DNA of 64,000 bases from Chrysomallon squamiferum (lineage: Eukaryota; Animalia; Mollusca), in NCBI GenBank assembly GCA_012295275.1, contig CM022666.1:5146001-5210000 (forward strand), written 5' to 3'. A model generated the notes under the pieces. The model was not told the DNA's origin. It saw only the letters and a program-made list of their open reading frames with translations, and made no database searches. A program made the translations under genes and the position numbers. Positions 11,693 through 24,433 of the stretch are shown here, piece by piece (positions within the stretch are counted from its first letter, which is position 1; the number at the start of each line of letters is the position of its first letter).

Positions 11693-13533
11693 ATGAAATC
11701 AGTTCTTCCTGCCACTGCCATTTCTCTTATGGTACTAAACTTGATACTCATCAGTTTCATTGAATCTGGAACATTAAAAGAATTTCTGACCAGTGAAACC
11801 AACTTGTTGTTTGACAAGGAACTGTGTGTGAAAATCTCGTGCAAACCAGGAGAAAACTGTTGTGATGACAAATCTACGAACAGAACCAGGCACAATACCA
11901 TGTATTGCTGTTACAGAGATGGAGAAAAAGTGATCAGTGAAATTATGAAAAAGGTAAATTCTGTATTTAATTCTAAAAACTTATATTCCATAAATGCAAT
12001 AATTGAAAAAAAATAAAAAAATGTTTTCTGTAGATATGAAATTAAGAAAGAGGTAAATTCTCTATAAAAATAATAAAAAGTTAAATTCATCGTAAATGAA
12101 ATAATAATATTTGAATTATGAAAAGGAGAAATGAATAGTGCTGAAAAATATTTATAAATTTAAAACTGATTATTGTGGACTAGTTTCAAATTGATTATTA
12201 ACATTCTTTTTAGAAACTGAGTGAAAGTCATACAAAAGCTGAGAAAAGTGGTAAGTTAATACAAACACATATATACACACACAGACATACGTAAAAAGAC
12301 AAAGTCGCAGAAACACAGACACACAAAAGAAAAGTCATAAACAAACACGTACAGAAACACAGACAGACAAACATACAGAAAAAGACCCACACACAAACAG
12401 AAACACTCAGGCACACATATTTAAATATCCACAATTTTTTTTATTTATAATTATGTATTTGTCTGTACGTGCATATTTGTACAATCTATGTATGTAAACA
12501 CGTACAAGTGTATATTTTGTGTATGTGTGTGTGTGAGCATTTTTCAGAACCAAAACTTCAGCAGATCAGAGATCAGAAAAGCAATGTCTACGAATCTATG
12601 TATGTATGTATGAATCTATATATTTATACATGTATCAATAGTCTACATGTGTCTGTATATATATATATATATTTCAGAACAGAAACTTAAACAGATCAGA
12701 GAGGTCGCTTACAATCTGAATAATAAAAACAATGTAAAGACGTCAGCTCATCTACAAATGGAAGTGAATGCAACATATGACAAAAGTAAGATAACAAATA
12801 TTAGTACTAGTAGTAGTAGCAGAGTAATTTTACTCTGTTAAAAGAGGTGATTTGATAATAAATGTGGTAGTAGTAAAATAAAAGTAATATTAGTAGTTGG
12901 TCTGGTAAAAGTAGTTGTAGTAGTTATCACTTAGTTATTAGTAGTGGTTAGCAAATAATAGAAGACATTGTGATAACAATAGTATTAGGACGTTAGTAGT
13001 AAAAATATCAATGATGGTACTAAAGTAGTCAATAGCAGGAGTTTGTAGTAGTTATAGAAATATATTAGTAATATTAACTACAACTGTTGACAATTTAAAA
13101 TAGAAATATTATTTAAAAGTCATTTATTCTTACAAACTTTTCAGACACACCGAAGCCTCTCATCAAATGGACGTCGTCTGGTAAAAGATCGTTTGTGAAA
13201 GGAGCTGCTGCTGTTGTCGCTGACGGGATTCAAGTCAAAGAAGCTGCTTACTACTTCATATACAGCAACGTTTTATTCCATGCCAACCAAATCAGAGAGC
13301 TAGAATACAATAGGCTGTGTCACTCAATTGAAAAATATCCAAATTATGATGTCCTCTACAGAAATCCTCAAACAACATGCAAAGTACGAAGATACCAGGA
13401 AGGTTTTGTTCCTTCCTACATTGGAGCTGTCTACTACCTGAAAGCCAATGACACTGTAGTGGTGAGAACATCAGTTGTGATCAGAATTTTGAGAGATCCT
13501 GAGAGAACCTACTTTGGCCTGTATATGCTGTAA
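11693..13533 (+). CDS. TNF superfamily ligand, copy 1 (intact, 264 aa, 4 coding exons)
   Basis: Exons 11693-11953 (phase 0), 12214-12250, 12678-12785 and 13145-13533 are all GT-AG and total 795 nt in one frame. An in-frame TAA at 11675 precedes the ATG. The protein has an N-terminal hydrophobic segment, a Cys-rich stalk and THD motifs: SAHL, IKW, DGIQV..AYYFIYSNV, SYIGAVYYLKANDTVVV, TYFGLYML. Confidence 0.92.
13145..13533 (+). CDS. Terminal exon of TNF copy 1 (TNF homology domain)
   Basis: ttttcag acceptor ends at 13144. Open frame to TAA with the classic TNF-family beta-strand motifs. Confidence 0.93.
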
Positions 13534-13687
13534 AATTGTTACGAGAGGCCTGAATTATAACTGTTCATATGTAATTTTCTGTACGCCCACTGGACTTGTA
13601 TATATAAAAGGAACCTTTTACTTTAACATTATCGTGAAACATTTATTTTAGACATACTTGGTTCTTCGTTTATGGTCTTCAGTGGGG

Positions 13688-13751
<64 letters not shown>

Positions 13752-13945
13752 TATAATTATAATTTGTGGTCGTTTGTGATTTGTGATGTTGGTATATCTA
13801 ACCTTTTTAAGTTTATTTTTATATTTCTTCCATTACTAATTAGTTATGCTATTGGAATATGGTTTAAAATGATTACATAATTGCTGGCGATACATGAACT
13901 GAATAAGAGTAATTAACAACGAAGCGGAGGAAGCCCCATTCAATC

Positions 13946-14085
13946 AGTACTGCTGTACTATGAGGCATTATTACTGTACTATGAGGCATTATTATTGTAC
14001 TATTAGTCAGTACTACTGTACTATGAGGCATTGTTACTGTACTATTAGTCAGTACTACTGCACTATGAGGCATTGTTATTGTATT
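13946..14085. repeat. 21-bp minisatellite downstream of TNF copy 1
   Basis: Recurrent tactgtactatgaggcattat / ctgtactattagtcagtacta units. Confidence 0.8.
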
Positions 14086-15349
14086 GCAGTGCACAAAGCC
14101 ACCCAGTTTGTCCAGGACTGATTTGTTTCACTGAATCCCGAGAGTCATGAATACTAACAAGTAATAGATAATTTTCTGTTACTTGCTTGCAATTACAAAA
14201 TTACAAAATATTTTTGCAACACACTGGGCTTTCCACCCAAGCTATAAATAGTTGTCAGGTCACTAGGTAAAGTTGTCAACCGAATTATTAATACACGGAT
14301 TTAGAAAGTATGAATGCACTATTATTGATATAAATAAATAGATCTGCTGTTTGGTTGTTGTTGTTATTGTTGTTGAAAATGAATATGAACACCTATACAT
14401 TTTTCAATTTTTATTATTATTATTTTTCAGGTCTGTTCATTAACAAAGCAGTAACTAGGTCACGAACGCCATTTGCAAGACAGTGCACCCATTCATAAAA
14501 CTGTTTTAGAAACGTGTGTGTATGTCTGTGTGTTTCTTAAGATTAAGGATTCTGAGAAATAATAAATAAAATTCTTCTAGAACTGAGCTTTCCATCCAGG
14601 CTATAAATTTTACTTCATAATCAGTAATAAATAAAGCTTGTAAAACATAAACAAAAAACAAGAACAAAAAAAATGTAAAAAAAAAAGGCAAATGTATAAT
14701 TAGTTAAAAACAATGGTAAAAAATAAATAAATATTTAAAAAAAAAATGATTAAAATTAAAGTTAAGAAAATGTATAAGAGTATATGTGTGTGTGCGCGCC
14801 CACAGTATGATAGTAAATGATAGTAAAAACACTATACACTATGCGCGTCCTAACGCTTGCTAATACGCATGCGCATTTATTGAAAATTATGTCCAAACCG
14901 TAAATAAAATGTATGAAAAACTGGTTTGTTTCACTAATGTTTATCCCCGATTCAACGCCCCGTTTTAGTTTTCAGGCTGTCTGAGCAAACCCATAAGGAG
15001 TAGTGTTTCGTGCATTTTAAAGTTAGGGAAATAAGAAGAAAGTAACGCGAAAACTTTCTGGTTTGCAATATTTCTGTATTCATATTTCTGACAATCTGTC
15101 TTACATATCATCATAGTCATGACCACTCCAAAAACAAAAGCTATCCCAAAACTAATCCTACATCTGCAAGTATTTGTAAAGAGGCATGCGCGGAAAAGTG
15201 ACAGGAAGTTATTAATTAACATAATTTATATATATATAATCATGCATTTCATGAGACGTTGTTTGGTTACAGGATTCACTTGGCTGGTCCTAATGTAATA
15301 AATATTATGCAAATTATTGTACTAGTCGTAGTTTATTAATATGATTACT

Positions 15350-15515
15350 GTGTTTTTTTATTTAACGACGTCACTAAAAACATTTTTAATCAACCGTTAT
15401 ATGACCCCATATTTACTGTTAAAGACCACATAGATATATATCGTAAGATAAAATTCTACTCAGGAAAACACCCGACGCTACTGTTTTAAAAAAAAGCCAG
15501 GAACAATTCATATAA
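15350..15515 (+). repeat. Degenerate dispersed repeat resembling an abundant gastropod element
   Basis: tttatttaacgacg...catttt...cgttatatg...gttaaagaccacatagata matches from memory a common gastropod repeat start; not verified. Confidence 0.3.
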
Positions 15516-15765
15516 ATATATATACATATAATTGCATAGCTTAATCTACTTAATATTGATGTAGATAATAAATAAATAAACAGTACAACAAAAATAACTT
15601 TTTAATAACTAAATGGAAAATAAAATATATTACAGTCATTTATCTGATTATCACACATCTTTTCTTCAAACTCTTGCTTCATAGGAAAAGTTTCGAAAAC
15701 TAACAGACGGATAGAGTTCTCTGAAAAGAAGAAATAATAACAAAAACAATAATGACAATGATGGC

Positions 15766-15801
<36 letters not shown>

Positions 15802-15995
15802 ACTCAGTACATGTCTTTGGAGATAATAAGAAAATTCCATTAACTGAAATACAAATATTAAACGTATTTTAAAATATTGGTAATTATTTTTATTTTTATC
15901 TCTTTCTCTGCCCATCCAGTCTTTCCCCAGTTCCGTTGTTTCTCTGTGTAATCTATGTAAATTGTCTCCCTTTATTTGTACTAGTGTATATGTAT

Positions 15996-16121
<126 letters not shown>

Positions 16122-16245
16122 TGTCTCTATTACGTACATTGGCTGCAGTTATATAAGGAAAGTACAATTTATTATTAAGAATAACGATATAATTTACACA
16201 TAAATTATCAGAGCATTCATCGTGAAAAAAACAGTAGTATATGAG

Positions 16246-16597
16246 ACCACTGCCCGGTCACAGCTCATTCTCTTTATGTACATATAATAACTTGTGATTA
16301 AACAACACTTACACATTCCTCCAGCAGTAGATACCACTGCCCGGTCACAGCTCATTCTCTTTATGTACATATAATAACTTGTGGTTAAACAACACTTACA
16401 CATTCCACCAGCAGTAGATACCACTGCCCGGTCACAGCTCATTCTCTTTATGTACATATAATAACTTGTGATTAAACAACACTTACACATTCCACCAGCA
16501 GTAGATACCACTGCCCGGTCACAGCTCATTCTCTTTATGTACATATAATAACTTGTGATTAAACAACACTTACACATTCCACCAGCAGTAGATACCA
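16246..16597. repeat. 87-bp tandem repeat, 4 copies
   Basis: Unit accactgcccggtcacagctc...cattccaccagcagtagat, nearly identical copies. Confidence 0.95.
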
Positions 16598-16681
16598 GTG
16601 TCTATAACTAACACAACTGTTCCTGAAACTATTCCAATAGTTACGTAAAAAAACCTCTGAAATAAACCACTACAAATCATA

Positions 16682-16716
<35 letters not shown>

Positions 16717-16717
16717 A

Positions 16718-16773
<56 letters not shown>

Positions 16774-17225
16774 TTAGAACAACAATAATATTAATATCAA
16801 TGTTGAATAAAATTTGTTAAATAAAAATATTATTATAAAAACTTATATAGATTTTCTCTGTTTGTTTTTCAGATTGAAAACTTTTCGTTTCTTTCTCGTA
16901 CTCTGTAGTCTGTACTCTGTGTCTCACTCAAACGCACGTACGCACACACACACATCGAACAGTGAATACCTTTCTTCGCCTTTTATTTATTTATTTATTT
17001 ACAGTGCACTAAATCAGCTGTAGAGTATTTATAATTATAATCAATTCTGTTAAAATTAATAGTATTTCTCTGAAATTGTCTTTACGTTATCCTTCTGAAA
17101 ACTAATCTTTGTTTTCTGTTTGTGTTTAATAGTTTTCAGGTATTCTCGACTTTTGTACGTTTGAGAAAAACCAGTTTGCATGAACTTATAATAGAAAAGA
17201 AATTAGAAACAAAAACATTTCATAT

Positions 17226-17343
<118 letters not shown>

Positions 17344-17433
17344 AATATTGAGAAGATTTATTTGCATACACTTATTTATTGTGACATTTTTTTGGCTGTT
17401 GATATTTTGTTTCAATTTTTAGTTTTCATCCAG

Positions 17434-17491
17434 GTAGTCCAAAACCTTTTTATCCCAAATGCTGTTGTCACTGTAGTTGTGTGTCTCCTTG

Positions 17492-17524
<33 letters not shown>

Positions 17525-17980
17525 TTTATTATTTATGTATGTATGTATGTATATATATATATATATATATATTTCTGTCTGATATGTGTATCCTTGTTTA
17601 TATGTCCATGTCTATTAATACATGAGTATTAGTGTAAGCTTGTTGTGCATATATATATATATATATAATACTCAAGGACCTTTATCTCAAAAAATGCTTG
17701 TTGTTAACGTAATATCATTATTATTAATATCTTTACTATTATTGTTATTGCTGTTGATATTGGTGGTTATTGTTATTGTAATTATTGTTGTTGATGACAT
17801 TTTTTGACATTTATATATTTTGTTTCAGTTTTATTTTTCATCCAGGTAGTCTAATCACTTTTTATACCAAATGCTGTTGTCACTGTAGTTGTGTGTCTCC
17901 TTGTTTATGGCAGTGTACACGTGTCAGAGGTTGTACTAACCAAACAAAGTTTCAAAAGACTGGGTCTCCATTATGATATG
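17434..17980 (+). pseudogene. Gene B second-exon relics (17434-17496 truncated; 17846-17980 full length with early TAA)
   Basis: catccag acceptors and a GTAAGT donor at 17981. Reads NAVVTVVVCLLVYGSVHVSEVVLTKQSFKRLGLHYDM. Confidence 0.55.
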
Positions 17981-19210
17981 GTAAGTATTACCTGTGAGTT
18001 TATTTATTTATTTTTAAATACTTCTTTTTTAGTTGATTTCTTTTTTTAATCCATATGTAACGAAATGGAACAAAAGGTACAGAATGACGTAATTTGAACA
18101 TCCAGGATAAAGTATTATTCCAGTACAGTACATACCATGTAATTTATATATCCAGGTAAGGATACATTATTAAAGATTAACAGAGTACAGTACCTATCAT
18201 GTAATTTATATTCCAGGGAAATGGTATTAAAGATTAATAGATTCCAGTACACACCATGCATTTTACATATCCAGGGAGAAACTATTAAAGATTATATAAT
18301 AGAGAATACAGTACATACCATGGAATTTATATATCCAGGGAAATGGTATGAAAGATTAATAAAATACATACAATATATATCCAGGGATTAAATGTTAATA
18401 GAGTGCAGTACATACCATGTAATTTATATATCCAATGATTTAGCATTAGAAATTATTCCAGTAAATACACAGATATAATTTATATATCCAAGAATATAAT
18501 CTTACAGATTCAGTATAGTAAATATTATGTATCCTGTGTATCATCCTATGGTGTAGAGTTTACTGTGTATATATTAGTGTGTATATTAATAAAAACAGAT
18601 TATTTTAGATAGCTTGTATTCTGTGTATCATTTTATAAATGAGGTCCTATGGTGTAGAGTATAAATGAATACATTAATGTGTATATTACAATACAGTACA
18701 TACCATGTAATTTATAAAGCGAAGAATATATTATTAAAGATTCAGTGATGATATCCTATCGTTAAGTTTATATTTTCTCAGAGCAAACTTTCCGAATCAA
18801 AATGTGATTACAAGGGTAAGAGGCCATCGGAAAAAACCCAGTTTCTCTGATAAAATATATTTTTCAAAAAACAATATTATTTTCTTGTAAACTGCAGCTG
18901 TCTGTAATACAAAATATATAAATCATTTCGGTAAAGAAAAGGATGTAGAAGGCATACATATTTTTGCAAGCTGTGTCATTATTTTCGTGTAGACTTATTT
19001 TAATTGTTTGAAAGACTATTCTGTTGTTTCAGTACTATCTGTGTGCGCCCTTTTCTATGTGTGTGTCTTTTTATCTTCGTATCATTGATTACTACTAACA
19101 TTTTTATCAGTTAAACACAACACCCATTTAAAGGGTCATTTGCTAACTGTGTATGTCTACATAACAGTATAAATACAGTGCAATAACACAAAGAAAAGAA
19201 AAGTAGGAAA

Positions 19211-21018
19211 ATGAAGTTAATTCTTCCTGTCATTGCCATTTCTCTTATGATACTAAACTGCATACTCATCTTTGTCATTGTATCTGTAACATTAAACGAA
19301 TTTCTGAATAGAGAAACCAGCTTGTTGTTTGACAAGGAACTGTGTGTGAAAATCTCGTGAAAACCAGGAGAAAACTGTTGTGATCACAAATCTAGGAACA
19401 GAACCAGGAACAATACTATGTATTGCTGTTACAGTGATGGAGAAAAAGTGATCAGTGAAATTATGAAAAAGGCAAATTCTGTATTAAATTCTAAAAACAA
19501 AATTTCCAGAACTACATTAAAAGAAAAAGGAAAAGGTTTATGTAGATATGAAATTAAGAAAGAGGTAAATTCTGTATAAAAATAATAAAAAGTTAAATTC
19601 ATTATAAATGAAATAATAATATTTGAATTATGAAAAGGAGAAATTAACAGTGCTAAAAAATATTTATAAATTTAAAACTGATTATTGTGGACTTGTTTCA
19701 AATTGGTTATTAACATTCTTTTTAGAAACTGAGTGAAAGTCATACAAAAGCTGAAAAAATGGTAAGTTAACACACACATATACACACCCAGACATACATG
19801 AAAAGACAAAGTCAATAAACACGGACACACACAAAAAATATCATAAACATACATACACACTCAGACAAACATACCCAGGAAAAAGACACACACATAAACA
19901 GAAACACTGAGCCACACATATTTAAATATCCACAAAAAGTTTTATAATTATGTATTTATATATATGTCTCTATGTGTGTACGAGTCTAAGTATGCATACA
20001 TGTATAATTGTGTGTATGTGTGTCTGTATAAATATATATTTCCGAAAAAAAATTGAAGCAGGTCAGAGAGGTCGCTTACAATCTGAATAATAAAAACAAT
20101 GTGAAGACATCGGCTCATCTACAAATGGAAGTGAATGCAACATATGACAAAAGTAAGAAAACAAATAGTAGTAGCAGTGGTAGCAGCAGTAGTAGTAATA
20201 GTAGTAGCTATAGTAGAGTACTAGTAATAGTAGTAGTAGAGTAGTAGTAATAGTAGTAGCAGTAGTAGTAGTAGTCGCAGAGTAGTAGCAGTAGTAGTAG
20301 TAGTAGGAGTAGTAGTAGTAGCAGCAGAGTAATTGTACTCACTTAAAAGAGATGATTTAATAATAAATCTGGTAGTAGTGAAATAGAAGTAATAGTAGTA
20401 GTTACTTAAAATGTTGATCTTGTGAAAGTAGTTGTAGTAGTAATCACTTAGTGATTAGAAGTGGTTAGGAAATAATATTAGAAATTGTGATAACAATGGT
20501 ATTAGCATGTTAGTAGTTAAAGTATGAATGATGGTACTAAAGTAATCAATAGCAGGAGTTTGTAGTAGTAATAGACAAATCAAAATATAAATATTATTTA
20601 AAAGTCATTTATTCTTACAAACGTTTCAGACACACCGAAGCCTCTCATCAAATGGACGTCGTCTGGTATAAGATCGTTTGTGAAAGGAGCTGCAGCTGTT
20701 GTCGCTGACGGGATTCAAGTCAAAGAAGCTGCTTACTACTTCATATACAGCAATGTTTTATTCCATGCCAACCAAATCACAGAGCTTGAATACTATCGGC
20801 CATATCACTCAATTGAAAAATATCCAAATTATGAAGTCCTCTACAGAAATCCTCAAACAACATGCAAAGTACGAGGAGACAAGGAAGGTTTTGCTGCTTC
20901 TTACATTGGAGCTGTTTACTACCTGGAAGCCAACGACACTGTGGTGGTGAGAACAACAGTTGTGAACAGAATTTTGAGAGATCCTCAGACAACCTACTTT
21001 GAACTGTATATGCTCTGA
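19211..21018 (+). pseudogene. TNF superfamily ligand, copy 2 (probable pseudogene)
   Basis: All four coding exons are present (19211-19471, 19726-19761, ~20045-20152, 20630-21018). Lesions: TGC>TGA at 19358; donor GT>GC at 19472; micro-exon 36 nt instead of 37; next acceptor CAG>CCG. The THD exon is open but has lost a Cys (LCHS>PYHS) and the Gly of FGLY. Confidence 0.85.
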
Positions 21019-21632
21019 GAGAAAGACACGAACATCTTGAAAAAGGAATTGTTAGGGGAGACATGAACACTTAAGTTCAGTTTAAAACACAAAGAATTAT
21101 GAAATAACTGCTCAGTTCTGTTGTGGTTGTTTGTGATTGGATCTGACTTGATATATTCAATGGAATTATAAAATAAAATTGTTGTGATACTATTGTTTTT
21201 TATTATTGGAAATTAGTTTTGTTATTACTATTACTTTTCTTATTATCCTTTTGCACACACAAACACACACACACACACACACACATTTATTATTTAAAAC
21301 ATTTTTGATACTCTAATATAATTCTTGCCAGTATTTTAAATAACAACGTATTAATACTAATGCAATATTACAGTATTACTAATAGACTGCTATTATTATT
21401 ATCAATGCAATATTACAGTATTACAATAGATTTTTAATACTATTATAAATTCAGTTTCACAATTTTACTAACAGACTGTTGTTATTCTTATGAATGAGTT
21501 ATTATTGCTATAAATTAATACGTTTACTTTTTTTTAAAACGAAATGCTAGTCGGTTTCCTAACAACGCAATAACTAGGTTAAAAACGCCATTTGCAATAC
21601 AACGAATTCAATCATAAGACTATATTTCTAAA

Positions 21633-21698
<66 letters not shown>

Positions 21699-22746
21699 TT
21701 CTTAAGATTATTTATTTATTTTTCTAACAATAAATATTGAGGATACGTTATTGTGGTTAAATTAAATTTAATCATTACATAGAAGAAAATTTAAGATTAA
21801 TCGATAACAAGATGTAATTTAATCAATAAGGTTTTCTCCATTGCTATTTACTACCTCTTTCGATGCAATAAGTTTTGTTAATACATTTTATTTATAAATT
21901 AATTTATTGTCGCTTCCTTTTTAGGGCTTTGCATCAGCTTTTAATAAAGAACTTTTATCTCTGAAGTAACAATTTATTATTGATACAGATATAATAATAA
22001 TAATCAAACATGAGTTTATATTTATATTTTGTATTTTTCTAATAAAGATTTAATTCGATTTAATTGTTGGTTTTGTGTTGTATAAACAATGTTGATATAT
22101 TTAACATCTGGATTTATTTTTATAATTGTATGTATGTATGTATGTAAGTATGTATAAACGTATTCCATATATATATACCATGAAAATATTTCGTTTCTTT
22201 TCTTTTTCTTTTTTTGTTATTTTCATCCTTTAACACATCTGTTTTGTCAGGCTAAGAATAATTTTTGAATAAAAACAAGACAAAAACAACATTTAAAGCT
22301 TGATATTTTCTTCACGTCATATCATGAAATGAATCGGTGGGGGTTGGGAACACAATTGGCACACCCTCATCTATTTTTTGCACACAGACACATACAAAAA
22401 ATGCATTTAATATCAACTGTTTTATATTCACAAATACGTCCGATCCTCTGAAATATTATGTTCCTATGTGTTCAAAGATTTGATTCTATAATCTATTAGT
22501 TAAATCAGGAATTTAGATGTGTCATAACAAAATACTCATTTCATTAAAATAAAATAAAAATCTCAGTTCTTAACAAAAAGTAAAAAATAGACACGGATAT
22601 TAGTAAAAGTAAATATTGTCTTTCAATATCACTGGTTCTGACCTCTCTCCCAGTCAAACCAAGGGAGGTAAACCAGGCTGTCAAACATCAAAAACGTCCA
22701 AGTGAAGAGAAATTCTGTGACAGCGTTCTGTGTGATATTCTGTTTG

Positions 22747-23033
22747 ATGGTTGTGGTTGATATTTTGTTGTTTGCTCATCGGATGGCCAAGACAATCTCG
22801 TTCGCTAAGCTTCTCCTGTACGGGTACCTGAGTATGTGGATTATAAGGAAACAGGTAATCGATTATTTGTTTATGGACACTTCAGTGCATATCATTAGTA
22901 GTAATTAATTAAAGGTATTTAATTGTTTATTGAGCTGTAACACATTTTATTGTGTATGATTAGTAGGTGTCAAAGATATGTAGGTTTATTTTTAATAATA
23001 ATAATAATAATAATTGCTATTATTATAATAATA

Positions 23034-23069
<36 letters not shown>

Positions 23070-23241
23070 ATTGCTATTATTAGTAGTATTATAATTATAA
23101 TTATAATTATAATTATTATTATTATTATTTTTATTTATTTTTATTTTTATGTATGTATGTATATGTATGTATGTATATGTATGTATGTATATATTTATGT
23201 CTGATATGTGTATCTATGTTTTTATTTCCGTGTGACCTTTC

Positions 23242-23317
<76 letters not shown>

Positions 23318-24362
23318 TATCTGTCTATCTATCTATGTGTATGTATGTATGTGTGTGTGTATATATATATATATATCAGAGCATACTAAGGAAGATAACT
23401 CAAGGACCTTTATATCAAAATAATGATTGCTGTTGTTGTTTTTGTAATTTCATTATTATTATTATTTCTACTTTTATTGGTTGTTGTTATTTGTAAATAT
23501 TGTCATTGTAATTTTTGTTGGTGATGAAATTTTTTGGCAGTTAATATTTTCTTTATTAAGTTTATTTTTCATCCAGGTAGTCCAAAATCTTTTTATCCTA
23601 AATGCTGTTGTCACAGTAGTTGTGTGTCTCCTTGTTTATAACTGTGTACTCGTGTCAGTCTGTGCTAACCAAACAAAGTTTCAACAGACTGAGTCTCCAA
23701 TACGATTTAGTAAGTGGCATCTGTCAGTTTATTTATTTATTTTTAAATAATTTTTGAAAATAAATTGTTATATTTCTTTTTTAGATGATTTAAAAAAAAA
23801 ATGTATATCCAAATGTAACTGGAAAAAAGACAAAATTTGCAGAATGACGTAATTTTAACATCCAGGAATACAGTGTTATTCCAGTACAGTACATACCATG
23901 TAATTTATTTATCCAGATATACAATATTGAAGATTATATAATAGAGTACAATACATATCATGTAATTTATATATCCAGGGATACAGTATTATTCCAGTAC
24001 GGTAACCTTAAAAATCTTTACAATACAGTATGTATCCTGTAATTATACAAATCAAAGGACATAATATTAAAGATTCCGCTTAGCAAATACCATGTATTCA
24101 GTGAATGATATTATAAAATTGACATACTGTGATGTAGAATATACATTGTATTTGAATATATATTTTTTTTAAATTTCAGAACGGATTCATAGACCTCCAA
24201 GTTGAAATGATCAACAGTCGACTTGTTTCTCATGCAGAACAAATAAACACAGTGGAACTTCCTTTGTACCAGAGCTGGATGGCAGCGTATTTAGAACGTC
24301 ATGAACGTGCACTGCAACTACACCAGCAGCAGCTGACAACACTGCAGTTTGTACACAATGAG
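22747..24362 (+). pseudogene. Gene B: broken copy of an unidentified multi-exon membrane protein gene
   Basis: Exons 22747-22854 (GTAAT donor), 23577-23709 (133 nt, versus 135 nt in the copy at 17846, so frameshifted) and 24180-24362 (NGFIDLQVEMINSRL...LQFVHNE, then truncated). These are GC-elevated islands with splice sites conserved between copies. Confidence 0.55.
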
Positions 24363-24401
24363 GCATTCAGATTATTCTGCTCAGTTTTAAATAAATTGAT
24401 G

Positions 24402-24433
<32 letters not shown>

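Noticed and set aside
13534-13860. AU-rich elements in TNF 3'UTRs
   Set aside because: ATTTA frequency is not distinguishable from the AT-rich background by eye.
15905-15955. Minus-strand ETTELGKDW resembling a death-domain helix
   Set aside because: Only about 6 residues match and the continuation is low-complexity.
17846-17976. Cys-rich frame (KCCCHCSCVSPCLWQC) suggesting a TNFR or defensin
   Set aside because: Exon phases and comparison of four copies favour the alternative hydrophobic phase-0 frame. The Cys frame has stops in the other copies.
19358-19360. In-frame TGA at a conserved Cys position (selenocysteine?)
   Set aside because: It is a single C>A change from TGC, the same copy has three other lesions, and no SECIS-like hairpin was recognised in the 3' region.
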